Assembly: GCA_030390025.1 (NCBI GenBank) | Contig: CM059431.1 | Location: 103,232,001 to 103,296,000 of the forward strand | Reading direction: 5' to 3' | Length of the DNA stretch: 64,000 nucleotides | From: Squalus acanthias | Lineage: Eukaryota | Part shown: piece after piece, positions 21,523 through 34,629 of the stretch | Position numbering within the stretch: position 1 is the first letter of the stretch | How the letters are laid out: each line of letters begins with the position of its first letter | Translations under genes and position numbers: made by a program | Notes under the pieces: generated by a model | What the model saw: only the letters and a program-made list of their open reading frames with translations | Databases searched by the model: none | Told to the model about the DNA's origin: nothing

Positions 21523-22632
21523 TGAACTTGGAAGTTCTTTGATGTGGACCTCCAAGCTTTACACGAGGACACTGAAGGCAGAAGGCACAGACTCTTGGGA
21601 AAGTGTTCCTCCAAGGCTAGCAGGACTTTGGTCATTGATGCCATATGGAGAAAAGTAACACTGGCACTGACTGTCAGCTCCTTCATCATGCAGAAAGAAG
21701 TTTAATGACCTGGCCAGAGCTGGCAAGGTAACACACTTGACTACACTCTTCCTTTCTTCCTTGCCCACCCTGGGCACCAGCACACTCTTCATTCTACTTA
21801 CACAACTGACCCTTCACACTGCCCTCTGATTAAGGACAGCTTTAACTCCCTAGCCTGCACTATGGCTACACAGCTCCCCTAACACAGAAAAACTGCCTTG
21901 TCACAATCCCGAAACCCCTTTTCGTCCACTTTAGCACCCTCAAAGTATTGAGATAGAGGATCAGCCATGATCATATTGAATGGCGGAGCAGGCTCAAAGG
22001 GTCGAATGGCCTACTCCTGCTCCTATTTTTCTATGTTTTTTCTATGTTTCAAACACCATTATCTCTTATTTCACCTCTCGCATACCCCTTGGCACACACA
22101 CTCCTCAACTGCCAGCCTTACCCTCATTTACTTAACTGTTTGCAGGTGAAGTTGGCACATATAGGAACAGGAGGAGGCCTTTTAGCCTCTCGAGCCTGTT
22201 CCGCCATTCAATTAGATCATGGCTGATCGGTATCTTAACTCCATCTACCCGCCTTGGTTCTGTAACCCTTAATACCCTTGCCTAATAAAAATCTATCGAT
22301 CTCAGTTTTGAAATTTTCAATTGACCCCCCAGCCTCAACAGCTTTTTGGGGGGAGAGAGTTCCAGATTTCCACCACCCTTTTTGTGAAGAAGTGCTTCCT
22401 GACATCACCCCTGAATGGCCTGGCTCTAATTTTAAGGTGATGCCCCCTTGTCCTGGACTCCCCCCCCACCAGAGGAAATAGTTTCTCTCACTCTACCCTA
22501 TCAACTCCTTTGATCATCTTAAACACCTCAATTAGATCACCCCTTAATCTTCTATACTCAAGATAATACAAGACTAGTCTGTGCAACCTGTCCTCATAAT
22601 CTAACCCTTTTAGCCCAACACCAGAGAGGGCA
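21523..22632 (+). pseudogene. Decayed Harbinger Myb/SANT-like (NAIF1/MSANTD-type) gene, exon 1 and start of exon 2
   Basis: Exon 21523-21727 reads *TWKFFDVDLQALHEDTEGRRHRLLGK...IWRKVTLAL, frameshift, CRKKFNDLARAGK|GTAAC. Acceptor TTTGCAG ends at 22145, then VKLAH[CR1 insert]NTRE. Confidence 0.7.
22160..22616 (-). mobile_element. CR1 3' end inserted into exon 2 of the Myb-like fossil
   Basis: Antisense HFFTKRVVEIWNSLP and CR1 tail. Confidence 0.88.
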
Positions 22633-22998
22633 TCCTTACCTTTTCATAGATGGATGGCACAGGATAACACCAGAGGCTAAAGTAATGACCAGAAAGGCTA
22701 TTCTGTATGTCATCCTGGAACATGCTACTGGAAGCTTACTTAGATCTCAGGGCTAATGAAGGCACTCCCAAGATCAAAGGAAGTCAGGACCCATTTATAA
22801 AAGTAAAGATACAAAGGCAGAACAGTCAAGAGTAAAGTGGTAGAGAAAGCCCGACCAACGTGAGTTATTTTCAACACAGAAGATAGCTTAAATGAGAATT
22901 CTATATGAAGTTCAGCCAAAGGAAAGCAAATGACATGCTCCATTGTGAGTGATATATGTCAATGTATTCAGTACTCAGTTTCTGACACTAGTAATATT

Positions 22999-23465
22999 AG
23001 AAAGAAAGAAAGACTTGCATTTATATAGCACCTTTCATGACCTCAGGACATCCCAAAGTGCTTTACAGCCAATGAAGTACTTATTGAAGTGTAGTCAGCA
23101 TTGTAATGCAGGAAATGTGGCAGCCAATTGGGCACAACAAGCTCCTGCAAACAGCAATGTGATAACGACCAGATAATCTGTTTTTGTTATGTTGACTGAG
23201 GGATAAGAATTGGCCAGGACACCAGGGAGAACTCACCTGCTCTTCTTCAAAATAGTGCCATGAGATCTTTTACGTCCACCTGAGAGAGCAGACGGGGCCT
23301 CGCTTTAATGTCTCATCCAAAAGACAACACCTCCGACAGTGCAGCGCTCCCTCAGCACTGCATTGGAATGTCAGCTTAGATTTATGTGCTCAAGTCCCTG
23401 GACTTAGCCCCACAACCTCCTGACTCAGAGGTGAGAGTGCTGCCCACTGAGCCACAGCTGACACT
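22999..23465 (-). mobile_element. SacSINE1-like Deu-domain SINE
   Basis: Full head, core and tail. Confidence 0.88.
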
Positions 23466-24076
23466 AAATTAGGTACAAAAAAAAACCCAACTAGCATTTT
23501 GCATGTGATCTTTCAGATAATCTACAAATATAGCTACACGGGCATTTGTGGAGTGCTAGCTTCTGTTGAATCTCTTTGAGTTTCATTGCTTCATGCTTGA
23601 ACTCCAACTAACAGAATATACTTTGCATCATGTACTGAGATGCTACCAAGATCACACACACACAGTTTGTCAATACCATTCTTTATCTGAAACAGCAGTC
23701 TTGGCTGGGATGAAGGCAAAATGATATCTTCCCACAGAGAATGTAAATTGTAGAATTATTTCTCCAACGTTGGATCCTGTTCAAGTTGAGTCAAAAGTGC
23801 AATGGCAGTTAAAACTCTCAAGGAGATGGTAGGACAAGTTAAAATGTTCAAAAAGACAGACAAGGGCAAAATCAGTGGGGAGGCTGAACCCAGTGGAAGG
23901 TAGGTAGACTGGAATTGCCCTTCAAGGTACAATACCTTAAAGGCACGATAAAAGTGCCAAAACAGAATATAGTTACTGCAATGTGAATATGGGCGCGACT
24001 GTTAAAATCCTGATCATGCTATGATAAGTTGTGTTTAGTTTGAGTGGCTAAGACAGACAAATACTGCTGACATATT

Positions 24077-25301
24077 GGGCTGGAGTTTGCGGTGGGTAAT
24101 AACGGCGAACTAACAGCGTTCGCCGTCATTACCCCTTTGAAACTGACCGCAACTTTGGGATGTAGCGCATACGCATCTAAATGCTGAATCCTGAAGTTGC
24201 GATCAGTCATTCCCTGCTCTGACACTGGCTGCGCTGTGGTTCCCCCCACCCCCATAGCCGGCAATCAGTGAAATCAGGGAAACTGATGAAAACTTGGGCT
24301 TTTCCGCGGTAATATTGCTGTTAAACACCCCATTAAATGTTAAGCCTTGTTGGATTAGGTGTAACTGGAGATTTAACAGCGAATTAACTGCTAAACAAAC
24401 ATTATGGCCCTGAAAAACTAATTTAATTTTGTGGAGTGTCAGATTTATCCATTATGATAAAAATTACAATTTTTAAGAAACTTAAAAAAAACATTTTTTT
24501 TTTGAAAGTTTGTTCAGCTTTAGTTCAGATTCACCTATTCCCCATGTGGGAGCCCCAATCTTTGTTTTGCTCTCTGTAACATTTTTAAAAAGCCTGAATA
24601 AAAGCAGCTTCTTCACTTCCTGGTTTTCTGTCTGTGAGAATTCTGCACTGCGATTGGCTGCTTCGACAGCTTGTTGACGTCACAGCAGCTCGCGCTAGGG
24701 GATTCCCACTACAAAGAAAGACTTGCATTTATATAGCACCTTTCACGACCACCGGATGTCGCAAAGCGCTTTACAGCTAATGAAGTACTTTTGGAGTGGA
24801 GTCACTGTTGTAATGTGGGCAACGTGGCAACCAATTTGCGCACAGCGAGCTCCCACAAACAGTAATGTGACAATGACCAGATGTTCTGTTGATTGAGGGA
24901 TAAATATTGGCCAGGACACCGGAGATAACTCCCCCGCTCTTCTTCGAAATAGTGTCTCGGGATCTTTTACATCCACCTGAAAAAGCAGACGGGGCCTCAG
25001 TTTAATGTCTCTTCTGAAAGACGGCACCTCTGACAGTGCAGCTCTCCCTCAGTACTGCACTGGAAGTGTCAGCCTAGATTTTTGTGCTCAAGTCTCTGGA
25101 GTGGTACTTGAACCCACAACCTTCTGACTCAAAGAGCAAGCGTGCTACCCACTGAGCCACAGCTGACACTCCACCACAATCACTTATGCTTCGAAAAAGG
25201 CAAACTTCTCGCAACAGAGATCGTGAGATCTCCTGTGGGCAGCTTTCTTCGGGGCCGGCGACGAACGCCTTCGCTTCGCCGCTGACCGCAAATTCCGAGC
25301 C
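24077..25301. mobile_element. PIF/Harbinger-like MITE, family A copy 1, with a nested SINE
   Basis: TIR GGGCTGGAGTTTGCGGT / ACCGCAAATTCCGAGCC. TSD ATT/GTT. Homologous to 51735-52460. Confidence 0.75.
24712..25170 (-). mobile_element. SacSINE1-like SINE nested in the MITE
   Basis: Full element. TSD approximately CCACTACAA/CCACCACAA. Confidence 0.88.
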
Positions 25302-25399
25302 GTTGACTAGCTGAATTAGGAACAGAAAGTGATGTTCTGTACTGACGCTGCGCTTTAATGTTAAGGTGACAACATAGGATACTGCTATGGCAACTGTGT

Positions 25400-25790
25400 A
25401 AAATACAGAATATCAATAGCAATATTAATATTGAGGTACTAAGATAAGAAATCATTGCTGCGATGGTGAGGTATTAAAATCAAATGTGATGATAGTAAAA
25501 ATGAGGAGCTACGGTAATGATTATAGTAATTTTAAGTTAAGATAGAACCTGATTGTAGTAATAATATTGAGAATATAATTACAGTAATTGTAACTTAATA
25601 CAGTAAGGTAGAACACAACTCTAGTAATATTTGAGGAGATAAAATTAAAGATAATGATAATAATTTTGAGTTGCTAAGAAATTTTAAATTCTAATAATTA
25701 TGTTTCCTTTCTAAGATAGAACATGGCACTGAAGAAGTATGATAAAATATGACCATAGTAACAATTTTGAGGAGCTAAGAGACATCTTAA
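25400..25790. repeat. Decayed AT-rich minisatellite
   Basis: Recurrent AAT(A/T)TTGAGG(A/T)(G/A)CTAAGA-like unit. Confidence 0.5.
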
Positions 25791-26114
25791 AATGTCAAAG
25801 TTAAGGAATGATAAAGTATTGTTTATCTGCCTTAATTCTTAATTGTGCAAATAGGAAATTGCGGTTTTAATTCCAGGTTACATCATAGTGCCACTTTTGT
25901 GTGTGTGAAGCAGTTCAGGGGCACATTGACTTAAACATAAGAACATAAGAAATAGGAGCAGGAGTCGGCCATTCGGCCCCTCGAGCCTGCTCCGCCATTC
26001 AATAAGATCACGGCAGATCTTCTACCTCATCTCCACTTTCCTGCACTATCCCCGTATCCCCTGATTCCCTTAATATTCAACATGCAACAGTTGACCGTAT
26101 TATCTGGGTGCGAG

Positions 26115-26630
26115 CAAAAAAGGAAGAATCTGCAAGTGCTGGAAATCTGAAATAAAATTAGAAAATGCTGGAAATACACAACAGGCCCACCAGCATCTGA
26201 AATGGAAAAAAAACCGAGACATTGACATTTTCCACATAGACCCTTTGACAGAACAGGCATTCTGATGAAAGAAGTGTTTGCACCCCAAAATGTTCACCTG
26301 TCTTTGCTTTTTACAGATGCTGACAGACTTGGGGCGGTTTTAACCCTTCTCGCTCAGCAGAAACCTGGTGGGCGGGCAGTTAAAATCGCCCCCGGCTCTT
26401 ACCTGTCCGAAAGTCGCCAATGATCGCGACATCTGCAATTTTAACCTGCTCTCCCGAGCAGGCAGCAAGGACAGGCGCCCAGAGCCAACAGGGTCCTTCT
26501 TTACATCGGCATGTTGCGGCCCGATGACATACTTGAGTCCCGACTGCAATTTTAGCTCAGGCCTGAGCGGGGAATCCATCTGAAGTTAAAATCGGGTTGT
26601 TTTCCCAGCATTTCTGACATTATTTCAGTG
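26115..26630. mobile_element. Old Penelope inverted-terminus remnant, interrupted by a MITE
   Basis: TGCTGGAAATCTGAAATAAAA..AGAAAATGCTGG (same as 53338) and its inverted copy CCAGCATTTCTG..TTATTTCAG. Degenerate CTGATGA core at 26262. Confidence 0.6.
26331..26596. mobile_element. ~265-bp MITE, family C copy 1
   Basis: Inverted homologue of 35081-35350. Subterminal TTTTAAC/GTTAAAA motifs. Confidence 0.75.
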
Positions 26631-26635
26631 TAATC

Positions 26636-27132
26636 ATGAGGGGTCTGGACAGAGTAGATGGAGAGAAACTGTTCCCATTGGCGGAAGGGTCGAGAACCAG
26701 AGGTCACAGATTTAAAGGTGATTGGAAAAAGAACCAAAGGTGACATGAGGTAAAACTTTTTTTACGCAGTGAGTGGTTATGATCTGGAATGCGCTGCCTG
26801 AAAGGGAGTGGAAGCAGATTCAATCGTGGCTTTCAAAAGGGAGTTGTATAAGTACCGGAAAAAAAAATTGCAGTGCTACGGGGAAAGGGCGGGGGGAGTG
26901 GGACTAGCTGAAGTGCTCTTGCAGAGAGCCGGCACGGGCTCGAGGGGCCGAATGGCCTCCTTCTGTGCTGTAACAATTCTATGATTCTAAGATTCTAATT
27001 TGGGCATCAGACCTGTGTCTGGAACATAGGAACAGGAGGAGGCCATTCGGCCCCTCGAGCCTGTTCTGCCATTCAATGAGATCATGGCTGATCTGTATCT
27101 TAACTCCATCTCCCCGCCTTGGTTCCGTAACC
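26636..27132. mobile_element. Two tail-to-tail CR1 3' ends (+ 26636-26995, - 27022-27132)
   Basis: DRVDGEKLFPLAEGSRTRGH and CR1 tails. Confidence 0.85.
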
Positions 27133-27960
27133 CTGACACTCGAGTGCTGACGCCAAGGCCCACTCCAGGAGGTTGCCTCAAAGCTGCTTCTGGGTCGCGC
27201 TGGCTGCGAATAGAACTCTGCGTTACAAGCCACACTTTAAGGCGCCCAGAGAGCTTTAAAAGCTCGGTAAGGAATCTTCTGCCACTCTATTGTAGCAGTC
27301 AAAAAATTAATTACCGGGGAGAGTACGAATTGAATGACATGTGCACAGTGCCCCGTTGTCACTACACTTCAGTACTGATTGGGACTGAGGTCGGACTGCA
27401 ATGCAACTAATTACGCATTGTAGCCAGCAGATAGGCCTCAGATCAGTAACTGCTGGCTAACTGCAGCAAAGAAGGCTTGACTGTACAGCATAGAGGCGCC
27501 GACTTAGCTGTTCTAATTCCATTGTGACATGGATCATTTAATCATGAAATACTAATGCAGCATTCTGTGGGAAAGATAAGGTACGGCAAGGCTGCTGCGA
27601 TATTAACGTGCCGAGAAAGGAGCTGATAATGTAAAAATACTGCGGCCACATACCTGAAATGAGAAAATTATTTCGAAACATCGTAAACAATTTGGCAGTA
27701 GCTCACAAGACATGCACAAATGTAAAACATGATCACTGCCAATGCGATAAATCCTGCAGCTGAAATAAACTCGAACTGCAAATCTGAAATTACCTTTGCA
27801 ATAAATAATTTCAAATGCATGGTTTGTTTGCAGAAATGGACAACGCACGTTAATTTCAATGATTACGAAGATAAATGTAATTCAAAAATTAAAATAAGTT
27901 TAGTTTGAGAAATACGTGTGCCCAAAATAGAAAGGTGAAGCGTTTTCTACTGTAAGCACA

Positions 27961-28213
27961 AGGAATTCAGGAGAAACTTCTTTACCCAGAGAGTGGTGAG
28001 AATGTGGAACTCGCTACCACAGGGAGTGGTTGAGGCGAATAGCGTAGATGCATTTCAAGGGGAAGCTGGATAAACACATGAGGGAGAAAGGAATAGAAGA
28101 TATGCTGATGGGGTGAGATGAAGAGGGGTGGGAGGAGGCTGGTGTGGAGCATAAACACCGGCACGGACCAGTTGGGCCGAATGGCCTGTTTCTGTGCTGT
28201 ACATTCTCTGTAA
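27961..28213 (+). mobile_element. CR1 3' end
   Basis: EFRRNFFTQRVVRMWNSLPQ. Confidence 0.9.
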
Positions 28214-28448
28214 TTTACAAATCAAGGATGAATTGTTGGCACTTTTGTGCTCTGGAGACATGCCAACTAAGGATCAGATCAAGAGTGGTGAAACTAATTT
28301 CACTTAGGACACATAAATCCATCAGAAAGAGAGGGTTTGCATACTATTAGTCTGAGCAGAATTTGAACACAAGTTCCAGGGGTTAACAGGATGTCTTCTA
28401 ATCCTCAAAAATCACCCAGTTCGTTTTCTGTGTATTTTGTTTATTATT

Positions 28449-29192
28449 GGCCCAGAAATTGATCTCGCTCTGTTCCCGCGGGGGTAAGCCTTCCCCGCGA
28501 TCTCTCAACTCGCTTGTGCTTTTTCAGATCCAGCTCGCACGAACTTGATGTTCCAGACATCAGCCGGGCAGTGCTTGCGTATCCCAGCGGCGTAGTGAAT
28601 TCGTGCGAGCTGTGGGATCACGTGACTCAGTTAGAGCCAATGGCAGCACACCATCTTCCATTCATAAGTTTCACATACGTGCTGTGAAAGCTATGAATCT
28701 TACACCCCCCCAAAATAACAGCTAAACCTCAATTAAATTAAAAAAAAACCCCATCACATTAATAAAATAAGTATAGTTAAATAAATTAACCATTTTAAAT
28801 AAAAAATTAAATTTTTGAAAATATTTAAAATCTTTTAAAAAGTTATAAAAATAAACTTACCTGTCTTTAAAGTCTCTAAAAAAGATATACCTGTAAAAAA
28901 AAATTCAAAAAAATACTTAATTCACTACTTACCTTGTTAAAAGTGGGTCTTACTCCTCCTTTTTACATTTCTAAAATCTTCAGTACTTACCTGCGCGTCC
29001 AAAGCATGAAGTGCACAGCGTGCGCGCAGCCTGTAGCGCGCACGCGATGCACCGAGGAACCGCCCCCTTTTCAAAAGAGCAATTGCCGGTTTTCAGCGCA
29101 TGCGCAGGGCATGCAGAAAACCGGCAATTGCAGAGGGAATACGCGAGAGTGCGCAGTGCGTACTCTCGCGCACCAGGATGAATTTTTGGGCC
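28449..29192. mobile_element. PIF/Harbinger-like MITE with an AT-rich core
   Basis: TIR GGCCCAGAAATT / AATTTTTGGGCC. TSD ATT/ATA. GCGCATGCGC palindrome. Confidence 0.75.
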
Positions 29193-29921
29193 ATAATTTC
29201 CCCCCCCGCCATTTTTCTTTATTTCTAAAGTCATTCAGTACTCTCGCTGGAGATCTGTCTCTAATAGCCTTGAGAAATGAGTACTGGAGAACTCCCCATT
29301 TGACTTGTCTTTTCCACTCCCTCCCTTCCTACGATGGCAGTCCTGAGACCAGTCAGTTCCTTTGCTTCATTTATTTCATTGCTGTCTGTGGGAGCTTGCT
29401 GTGCGCAGATTGGCGGCCGCGTTTCCCTACATTACAGCAGTGACCACACTTCAATAAGTTCTTCATTGGCTGTCATACTTTTTGGGACGTCCTGAGGTCG
29501 TGAAAGGCGCTGTATAAAAGCAAGCTCTTTCTTTCATAAGGTCAAATTTTAAATTAAATTTGCTTTGGAAGGTTCGGAGCTGCATTGAGACGTGTACCGT
29601 CCATCAGTACAAGTGGTATTTTAAAGCCTATGATAGTGCATTACTGGTGACCCTGATATGTGCATAATCTCTTCTGAAAAGCTTTGAATGACATATCAGC
29701 TTGCAGGAAGGTATTCACTACAAATCACCAACAATTTTGCAGTGGTTTTTCAATGAATGCTCACAGTTCAAACCTGTAGATGGCAGGCTTGCCTAACTAT
29801 CTGGTGAATTTCTGTTTCTGACGGAATGTGAATTACTTGAGGACATACTGCAGATTTCTTCAGGACTGCCGTGGTTGCAGATTAACCGGCATGATTTGAG
29901 CAGAGTGATTGTTCGTTTTTC

Positions 29922-30265
29922 AGCAGGAGGCCATTCAGCCCCTCGAGCCTGGTCCGCCATTCTATCAGATCATGGGCTGATCTGAATCTTAACTCCATCT
30001 ACCCGCCATGGTTCCGTAACCCTTAATACCCATGGCTAATAAAAGTCTATCGATCTCAGTCTTGACATTTTCTATTGACCGCGGCCCCCCCCCTAGCCTC
30101 AAACAGCTTGTTGGGGGAGAGAGTTCCAGATTTCCACCACCCTTTGTGTGAAGAAGTGCTTCCTGACATCACTCCCCGAACGGCCTGGCTCTAATTTTGA
30201 GGTTCTGCCCCCCCTGGTTCTGGACTCCCCCCACCAGAGGAAATAGTTTCCCTCTTTCAACTCCC
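29922..30265 (-). mobile_element. CR1 3' end
   Basis: DVRKHFFTQRVVEIWNSLP. Confidence 0.85.
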
Positions 30266-32411
30266 TGAATCTGTCCTCCCTCAGATAGAAACATTTCAAT
30301 ACTGTGCGCTCCATTTTTTGGGGGCCAAATAAAGCAAATTGCTCCTAAGGTCGGTTCTGAAATCAAGTTGTGAATTGCAGAATAGCAGAAACAAACAAAA
30401 GGTCGTTTTTCTTTTAACTTAGACAAACATTTATTGACAAGATTTTGCAGACTTATTTCAGTTTTTGGGGGGGGAAAAAAAAGTAGCAGAATAGAAATGG
30501 TCAGAATCACCCCAGCTGCTCAGTGTGCAATAAGGTAATTCCTTAATTTTAATCCAACTTTTGGCCCAATTAGCATCAGTTTTCATTTTTCACAACTAAT
30601 TAAATATAACCGTTTAATTAGTGTCTTAGTCATTAAACCATTTCAGTTGTATTTAATTGACAAGGGAAAATTCAAACTGGTGCTAATCACGCCAAAAAAT
30701 GTTCTTGGAGACCTGCATGCCCAGCTGCAAAGCAACAGCGTATATGAATCACAAAGGATGTAATTCCATGAATATTAAGGCTGTGTTGAATTTTCAAAAA
30801 CCTCATCACGCATCTTAATGCCAATTACCCAAAGTCAATACTTGACTCTTTCCTGCTCAGTCAAGCCCTCTGCCTGCGCTATTTGAGACAGATCAAATAA
30901 TTCCATGGTAGGCTTCCGATCTGATAGCAAGCCTTGCTTCATAATACCATCACATACTCCACAAAGGTCTGCCGATATGACACGGACAGCAACAAAAAAA
31001 CAACTGGCATCACTACAGCGCCTTTAACAGGAGTGTTATCAGACAAAATTTGACACCAAGCCACATAAGGAGATATTAGGAAAGGAAAGGGGTAGGTCTT
31101 AAGGAGCCTCTTAAAAGAGGGGAGGGAGAGGTAGAGAGGTGGCACTGGCACAAAGGGCCGAATGGCCTCCTTCTGTGCTCTATGACGTGGCTTTTGATCT
31201 GATGGTCCAGCTGAGAACTGATAAACACTTGCCCAATTATAACAAATTAGTTGAAGTGGAAGGCAGCTGTGGGAATTGAAGTTACGATCTTCTGGTTAGC
31301 AATTAGCTATCAGGCTTGCGCCGCTTGAACACTCGAGAGAAAAAAACTTTGAAGATCTTGCACCATTAGTGTCCTTCTGAAAACATAATGAACCTTTAGC
31401 TGTATAAATTAAAAACTAGTGTGAATTTTTTGACAAACAATTTTTTGACTGCAGTTTTCCAAAAAATTCAAGGCGTCCCCATTGATTTCCTGCTGGGGTT
31501 GATACCAGAAAGGTGATAACCTTGTATAAACGTAAATAGTTCATGTATTCAGAGTGAAATTATTAATAGTGACTCTTCTTGATGTTTCATCCCAACTAGG
31601 CACTACGGATGCTAAAGGAAGCGCTGCTTTCTGCCGTACTCCAATAGAACTTTGACTTTGCAAGACACACACGTCACTTCATCACTTGCATTCTCTATCC
31701 ATTTTGATTGTATTTAAATTACTTATATGAATATAATTGATATCAAGGCTTATTGTTTCCAAAAGAGATGAGGCTGGTAATGCCAAACACTTTATAGGCA
31801 GCAATAAATAATTGTCAAAATTTTTTCTCGACATCAGAGTGAAACATCTGAAAGAATATTCAATCAGTAAGACTGTTGAGTGACAATCATTTGTTTATGA
31901 CACGGATTGCAGTTTTTTTGACTGATAATATGAATGCAAAGGTGGCAATTGAATATAATTTTTATGCTGAACGGGGACTTGTTTGCGGTAATGGACAGGA
32001 GGGCAGTCTTTGTTTCAGCGCTTACTGAAATACATCCACTTTTGGGCAAGTTCAACTTTTAATGCCGGGCTTGGAAATGCTGTTTGAGCCGTGGTATTGT
32101 TTCATACTTAAGAGACTCGGATCAGCCAGGCGGCTGTGGATTCATTAGGAATTTGCTACGAGCCCTTGAAAAAGATCATAGCTTCAAAGATGGTGGTCTC
32201 AATTACGACATGGTTTCTGCCATAGTTGTATCAACCATACGCTGACAGATCTGCCACTCTCAGATTGCTACTTACAGCATACACTCTCCCACAATTCATA
32301 TTATGGAATTTTCACTGCATTCCATTGAGAATAAGCTTCATGAAGCACAAGATAGAGTTCAAATCTTTCTAGTGAAATATCACTGATTGATCCATTTCAC
32401 TAATACACAAT

Positions 32412-34130
32412 GGGCCGTATCTTGCTGGAGAGGGGCATCTCGCGCCATTGCCCCGTTAGTTAGACTTTTTCTTGCACCCTTCAGCTCGAAAATAATTTGC
32501 TCTGCATCTCGCTGGCAGTTTGAGCTGATAACAGTGCGGCGAGGGCAACGGGGCATCTGGGACCTCGGTGAACGACGGGAGCAACAGTCTATCGCCTTAA
32601 CCCATGGGATTAAAGGATTGAGAAAGAAACAGAGGAACGACGGAGAAGGAAACAAGGTGAATTGGAGTCAAATCAGGTACAGAAAGAGAAATAAAGAGAG
32701 GGAAAGAAAGATTGAATTAAGAGAGAGAGAGAAAAAGAGACAGGAAGGAAAAGTAAGAAAAAAAACTTTAAAATTTTAAATTGGATGTTATTAAAATCTC
32801 TAACAATGATTGACTAGCTGCAGAAACGAGAGTCCACAGTTCAAATTGTTCCCATTCTAGGCCAGAGAGGTTGATTGGCATTGCATTAACAGTTATCACA
32901 TTGTTAAAAAGATACTTGCGCTCTTAATTACCAGCCCTAACTTTCTGCGGCGAGTTTAATGGGCAATTGATGCGCAAATCCAGCAAGTTGTTAAAAATAA
33001 CGGGGAGGCTGAGGGCGAGATGCCGTTTGTGAGAAGCAAACAGCGGAGCAGCGTAAATCGAGCAGCGAGTTCAGGAGATTCGCAACTCATAGAAACATAG
33101 AAACATAGAAGATAGGAGCAGGAGTAGGCCATTCAGCCCCTCGAGCCTGCTCCGCCATTCAATGAGATCATGGCTGATCATCCAAATTCAGTACCCTGTC
33201 CCTGCCTTCTCTCCATATCCCTTGATCCCTTTAGCTTTAAGAAATATATCTAACTCCTTCTTGAATCTATTTAATGAATTGGCCTCTACTGCCTTCTGTG
33301 GTAGAGAATTCCACAGGTTCACCACTCTCTGGGTGAAGAAATTCCTCCTCATCTCAGTCCTAAATGGCTTACCCCTTATCCTCAGACTGTGACCCCTGGT
33401 TCTGGACTCCCCGGCCATCAGGAACATCCTTCCTGCATCTAGTCTGTCTAGTCCTGTTAGAATTTTATAAGTTTCAATGAGATCCCCTCTCATTCTTCCA
33501 AACTCCAGCGAGTATAAGCCCAATCGACCCAATCTCTCCTCATACGTCATTCCTGCCATCCCAGGTATCAGCCTGGTGAATCTTCGCTGCACTCCCTCCA
33601 TGGCAAGAACATCCTTCCTCAGATAAGGCGACCAAAACTGCACACAATACTCAAGATGTGGTCTCACCAAGGCCCTGTACAACTGCAGCAAGACATCCTT
33701 GTTCCTGTACTCGAACCCTTTCGCTATGAAGGCCAACATACCATTTGCCTTCTTAGCCGCCTGCTGCACCTGCATGCTTACCTTCAGCGACTGGTGCACA
33801 AGGACACCCAGGTCTCGTTGCACTTCCCCTTCTCCCAATCTATTGCCATTCAGATAATAATCTGCCTTCCTGTTTTTGACACCAAAGTGGATAACCTCGC
33901 ATTTATCCACATTATATTGCATTTGCCATGCTTCTGCCCAATCACCCAACCTGTCCAAATCATACTGGAGTTTCTTGGCATCCTCCTCACGGCACACACG
34001 CCCACCCAGCTTTGTGTCATCTGCAAACTCACGGCGTATCGCCTCATCCCCTGAACTCGCTGGTCGATTTGCACATTAATAATGGCGTGCGTCGTTAATG
34101 CACCGTTACTGTTCCAGCAAGATTCGGCCC
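32412..34130. mobile_element. PIF/Harbinger-like MITE with a nested CR1
   Basis: 18-bp TIR GGGCCGTATCTTGCTGGA / TCCAGCAAGATTCGGCCC. TSD AAT/ATT. Confidence 0.82.
33090..34025 (-). mobile_element. Young 5'-truncated CR1 with an open 269-aa ORF2 C-terminal frame
   Basis: ORF 33188-33997. TSD AACTCA (33084-33089, 34026-34031). (CATAGAAA)n tail. Confidence 0.95.
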
Positions 34131-34168
34131 ATTATGTTACCAATATATGCCATCTATATTTTCATCAG

Positions 34169-34195
34169 TGAATATTGGTATGCTGCTGCGGGTAG
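34169..34195 (+). other. Candidate 27-nt micro-exon
   Basis: ATATTTTCATCAG|...|GTAAGT. Open in phase 1 (NIGMLLRV) or phase 2 (EYWYAAAG). Confidence 0.3.
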
Positions 34196-34629
34196 GTAAG
34201 TTATAGTTTCCACGGAGTAAGCTTAACTAGCATAACTTCACATACTTCCTCGATGTGCAGGTTTTGAACAAAATTACTTGATATAACTTAAATTACGACA
34301 CGGTTTTTCCAAATGTTTTAAGAGCCTGCAGTTTGTGACTTCAAAGGGCTATTTTAAATTACTCAATTAAAAGTCATGTTTTACTCACTCCAAGCAGAAG
34401 GCGTTAAGCTGAGTCCTTTAGTAGGGAAAGAGTGATCGACTACTTCTCTCCTACGAGGGGCATACTAAGGGTGCCTGATTCGGCCTATGGTATGGACAAA
34501 TGGGTGGGCAGGAACCAGAAATCAGGAAGCTAGCAGGCCTGCAGGATTTTCCGCAGATTAGGTTTATCGGATTTGCACCAGAATTCCTGATGTGCACTCA
34601 CAGCTGGCAAAGCGCTGCACCATATAGAA

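Noticed and set aside
29797..29925. ~45-codon open stretch LSGEFLFLTECELLEDILQ...
   Set aside because: No usable splice acceptor or donor and no recognised homology. The length is expected by chance.
33188..33997. Longest ORF (269 aa) as a host gene
   Set aside because: It is a 5'-truncated CR1 ORF2 with TSD and microsatellite tail.
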